A stretch of DNA of 64,000 nt from contig JAPDFW010000022.1 in the NCBI GenBank assembly GCA_028826165.1, forward strand, positions 504,758 to 568,757, given 5' to 3'. Within the stretch, counting starts at the first letter, position 1. Every line of letters begins with the position of its first letter. This document shows positions 60,256 through 64,000 of the stretch, piece after piece. The notes beneath the pieces are model-generated. The model did no database searches. It was not told the origin of the DNA and saw only the letters and a list, made by a program, of their open reading frames with translations. This DNA comes from Anaeramoeba ignava BMAN. Taxonomy: Eukaryota > Protista > Anaeramoebae. Both the position numbers and the translations under genes were made by a program.

Positions 60256-62491
60256 TCAATTTAAAACAAGTAAATTTTTCTTTTTCTTTGCTTTGTTTAA
60301 AAAAAAAGTCATCATTGAATTTATATTTAACTGATAATAATCAACACAATCATCTAATTCTTCAAGAACCAAATCAGAAATATTTGAATCAATTTTATCC
60401 AAATATAAAAACTTAATCACTTGATTTAAAGTTTCATAAGATTTCCCACTATAATCATGAACACAATTCGAATCGTCTTTAATATTTAAGAACATTCCTC
60501 TGTATAAATCACTTCTTGCAAGTAAAATTTCTTTGTGTATTTTGAATTCTTTTTCTCCAACATAAATTGTAAAATTTTTCAAACTTTCATTTTTATAAAG
60601 TTTTTTTAAATCATTAATAATTCCTTTTCTTGAAAGGATATTTCCAACTCCGTCTTCAAAAAGCTCTTCAAATTCTTCAAAATTTGGATAATCAACATCT
60701 TCATTAAAAAAACCTGCATAAATTATTTTTAAATAATCCATTGCATCTTCTGTTGGGATTTTTAAAAGAAAATTCTTAAATGATCCAACTTTATTTTCTC
60801 CAATTCTTGTTTTTATTATAATTTCATGTACTTTAATAACTCCATCTTTTGTTTTGAATTCTAAATCAGTTAGTTCTTGTCTTTTTAATAAATTGAGCAT
60901 ATCTTCTGTAATTGATTGATAATAATTTAATAAACGTTTCATATCTTCATTTAAACAATACTCAATAGGTGTTTCTTTCTATTAAATCAAAAATGATCCA
61001 ATTTTAATTTTAATTTTAATTTCTAAATTTTTGAATTTTCCAAAAAAATACAAACTATCAAAAAAAAAATAATTTTTTTTTCATTTCTAAATAATTTTGA
61101 AATTATTTTTTCCAATAAATTTATTATTTTTACAAACTTTTAAAATGGAATTCCAAAAAAGAAAAAAATTAAAAATTATAAAAATTTTGGATTTTGAGTT
61201 TTTCTTATTTAATAAAAAATAAAATTACATTTGTAATTGTAGGATCAGCTCCATATTTTAAAACAACTTCTGCAAATTTAATTGGTAAATCTCTAGATGT
61301 TATATAATGTAAAGGGGTATTATACTAAGATTCAAAGAAATGAATATTTTTTCAATATTTTTTCAATATTCTCAAATAAATTACATACTAAAATTAAAAG
61401 TATTTACATTAAAAATCAATAAGAAATCCGTTTCTTTTATTTTATTTTAATTTTAATTTTACTTGCTTATTTGATTTTAAAAAATGTAAATAAATAAAAA
61501 TAATAATAAATTATTTGTAATAAACTCAATAATTAGTAAATATAGTTTTATTTAATACTTCTCTTGAATGAACATCTGCTCCACGTTTACATAATTCTTT
61601 AAATAATACAAATTCTCTTTGTTTAGCAAGTTCAACAAGAAAATTTTCCTTTAAAAATTTTTAATAAAAAAAAAATCGGATAAATTTTTTAAATGAATTT
61701 TTCTCTTTTACTTTTTCTGGTAATTCAGGATCATATTCTAAAAGTGCTAATAAATTTTCTTTTGAAAAATATCTTGAAACAATAATTGTATTAATTGTAT
61801 CTTCCTTTTTATTATTATTATTATTTTTATTTTCATTTTCAATATTTTTTTATAATAAAAATAAATATAAATAAAAATTACTAACTAAAATCAATTATAA
61901 ATATATAAACAAAAATAAAAAAAATAAAACAAATTACATGCTAATTTATATTTTTATAATTGATTTTTAATGAAAAAATTAATTGCGTTTTTTTTTTGTT
62001 TTTTAAATTATAATCGTTTTACTTCATTATCAAGAATTGCTCCTTTTTCACATAAAATTCTAACTAATTCTGGATCTGAAGCATGAAGTAAAACATATTG
62101 AATTGGATATGTTTTAGAATTATACTTTTAATTTTTGAAAAAAAAAGAAGAAAAAGAAAAATTCGTTTTTTTTTTTTCGAAATTTTTTTGACTGATTTTT
62201 TTGATTAATTTTTCAAACAGTTTCCAATTCCTTAAATAAGAAAAATTAATAAAAAGTTTTTGATTAAAAAAAATAATTATTAGAATTTATATTTTTCAGT
62301 GTTTTTTTCTTATTTAATTTTTTTTTATTAACTGGTTCATTAATTATTTCAATATTTTCTTCACAAATTAATTCAAAAGTTTTTGGATCAACTTTTTGAT
62401 CAATTGCTTTAAAAAAAGGATTTAAAGATAATTCTCTAGTTTGATTTTCTTGAATTTGTGGTTCAGAACGAGCAAGAAGTTCAAAAAACAT
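60256..62491 (-). CDS. Ankyrin-repeat / double-BTB protein (about 430 aa), 13 predicted exons: 62491-62333, 62230-62219, 62124-62023, 61940-61938, 61884-61882, 61804-61712, 61648-61559, 61465-61463, 61387-61385, 61324-61229, 61136-61134, 61054-61052, 60978-60256
   Basis: Ankyrin motifs LVRILCEKGA, LCKRGADVHSRE, NTPLHY...VLKYGADPTITN, ETPIEY. BTB motifs TDLEFKT...KVHEII and NFTIYVGEKEFKIHKEILLARSDLYRGMF. All introns are phase 0, GT-AG and 53-102 nt. Confidence 0.85.
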
Positions 62492-62846
62492 AAAGGAAAA
62501 AAAAAAAGGAAGAAAAAATGAAAAATTTATAAGAAGAAAATAATTAATTTTTAACTGACGTTTCAATTAAAAAAAATTAAAAAAATTTAAAAAATTAAAA
62601 ATTCATTTTTTTATTTTTATTTTTTATTTTTAATTTAAGATGCAAAATAATGAAAATCAAGTAAACAAATCCAAAATAAATTTAAAAAGCAAATAAACCA
62701 AAAAAAAAAAATATTTTTTAATACAAAATTAATTAAAAAAAATTTCTTTCTTTTTTCTTTTTTAATAAAAAAAATAACTAAATAAAAAGAGTAATTCAAA
62801 CAAATCCAAATTAGAAATTGCAACAGAAAGAGCTCAGACGTTTGTA

Positions 62847-63191
62847 ATGAAAATGATCAAAAGATGTGATAGAAAAATAACAGAAGAAAACAGAAGAAAA
62901 GCTGAAAATATTATTCCAAGTAGAACAAGAAGTGGGAAAATTATAACAAATTTACCTGAAAAAGAAATTATTATTAGAAAAGAAAAAAAACAAAATGATA
63001 TTCAATTTCAAAAGAAAGCAAAGAAAACAAAACATAAAAAAATTCTTCGTCAAATTTTTGATTTTGAAGAAATTAGAAGAAGAGATATTTCTGATTTATT
63101 TATTGAAATGAGAGATCAAATGCATTCTTTAGAAACTGAAATTGAGAATTTAAAATCAAGTATTTTTTTTAATGATTTACAAGATAATTAA
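62847..63191 (+). CDS. Hypothetical small basic protein with C-terminal coiled coil
   Basis: 114-aa ORF with coding-like composition (PSRTRSGK, MRDQMHSLETEIENLK). No family recognised. Confidence 0.5.
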   Translation: MKMIKRCDRKITEENRRKAENIIPSRTRSGKIITNLPEKEIIIRKEKKQNDIQFQKKAKKTKHKKILRQIFDFEEIRRRDISDLFIEMRDQMHSLETEIENLKSSIFFNDLQDN

Positions 63192-63564
63192 TTAATTATT
63201 TAATTATTTAAAATAAGATCTGTTTGAAAAGCGAATTTGAAAAAAAAAAAAAAGAAAAGATTTTGTTTTATTTTTTTTTTCTTGTTTTATTTTTGCTTTT
63301 ATTTTTTTTAGTTAGCAAAATTAAAAATGAAAATATTTATAATAAAGAATTTAAAAAATTTAAAAAAATTAGATTTGATTTTGTTTTTGTTTTATTTTTG
63401 TTTTTATTCAAAAAAAATTTCTGTTTTTATTATTGATTAATCAATAAAAAAGATTTTGTTTGTATTGTTTGTTTTGAATCCAAAGAGAAAAAACAAAACA
63501 AAAACAAAAAAAAAACAAAAAAACAAATTTTGTTTTTGAGAAAAATAAAGAAAATGAATGGAAA

Positions 63565-64000
63565 CTAATTTTTTCCCAAAGCAGAATTCAATATGTGTTC
63601 TTTGACGTCTATTTTTTTATTTTAAAATGAATAAATAAATTAAGAGGTAAAAAAAAAAAATTTTTTTTCTTTTAGGGAAAATTTTTTTTTTTAAATAAAT
63701 TAATTTACTTTTAAAAACAACTTTAATGTTCTCAGTATTGGTTGCGCAAGTTGAATGACATTCAATTTGTTTTGAAGGACGTTTTGAAATACCCAAGAAT
63801 TTTTGTTTAATAAATTCTTGTGCAGTTTCGAAATCAGGACCACCAGTGTATTCAGGAAAACAAACTGACAAATCTGTCTTTTTAATCTTTTTTTCAAAAA
63901 TATCAATCTTATTCAAAAAGAGAATGATTCTTGTGTCTTGGAATAAATCGCTGTTACAAATCTCGTCAAATAATGAGAGTGATTCGGCCATTCTGTTTTG
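63565..64000 (-). CDS. Heterotrimeric G-protein alpha subunit, 3' part only; intron 63609-63708
   Basis: NRMAESLSLFDEICN, IILFLNKIDIFEKKI, CFPEYTG, HSTCATNTENIKVVF. Last exon gives NVKEHILNSALGKN-stop. Confidence 0.93.

Noticed and set aside
63565-63608. G-alpha C-terminus lacking the usual terminal hydrophobic motif
   Set aside because: The gene is partial and protist G-alpha tails vary, so there is too little evidence to call it unusual
567-64000. Alternative genetic code (stop-codon reassignment)
   Set aside because: Long ORFs are open under the standard code, and TAA, TGA and TAG all occur as terminators

Overview
Very AT-rich, gene-dense, intron-containing eukaryotic DNA with the standard genetic code and GT-AG introns. 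E/N/Q homopolymeric proteins and expanded BTB families suggest an Anaeramoeba-like protist (inference only). About 22 protein genes can be reconstructed: a multi-PH/EF-hand protein, Ras, TRAPPC8, a D-2-hydroxyacid dehydrogenase, two tandem CLCC1-like membrane proteins, an SH3-PX-BAR sorting nexin, a REX1-like exonuclease, SAP18, several BTB proteins, transportin, a metallophosphoesterase, TMEM181, eIF4A-III, a clathrin terminal-domain-only protein, a UBR-type E3 and a partial G-alpha. There is also a U2 snRNA. Many introns are inflated by private microsatellites. The main result is the ankyrin-BTB gene at 60256-62491(-), which contains six candidate single-codon (3-nt) exons in three pairs plus a 12-nt exon. 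Each pair encodes the two variable beta-hairpin residues of an ankyrin repeat. Other notable items are a 359-aa stand-alone clathrin beta-propeller, four apparent +1 frameshifts, poly(A)-AAG 3' splice sites, and a U2 with a non-canonical Sm site. All gene models were read by eye and need RNA confirmation.
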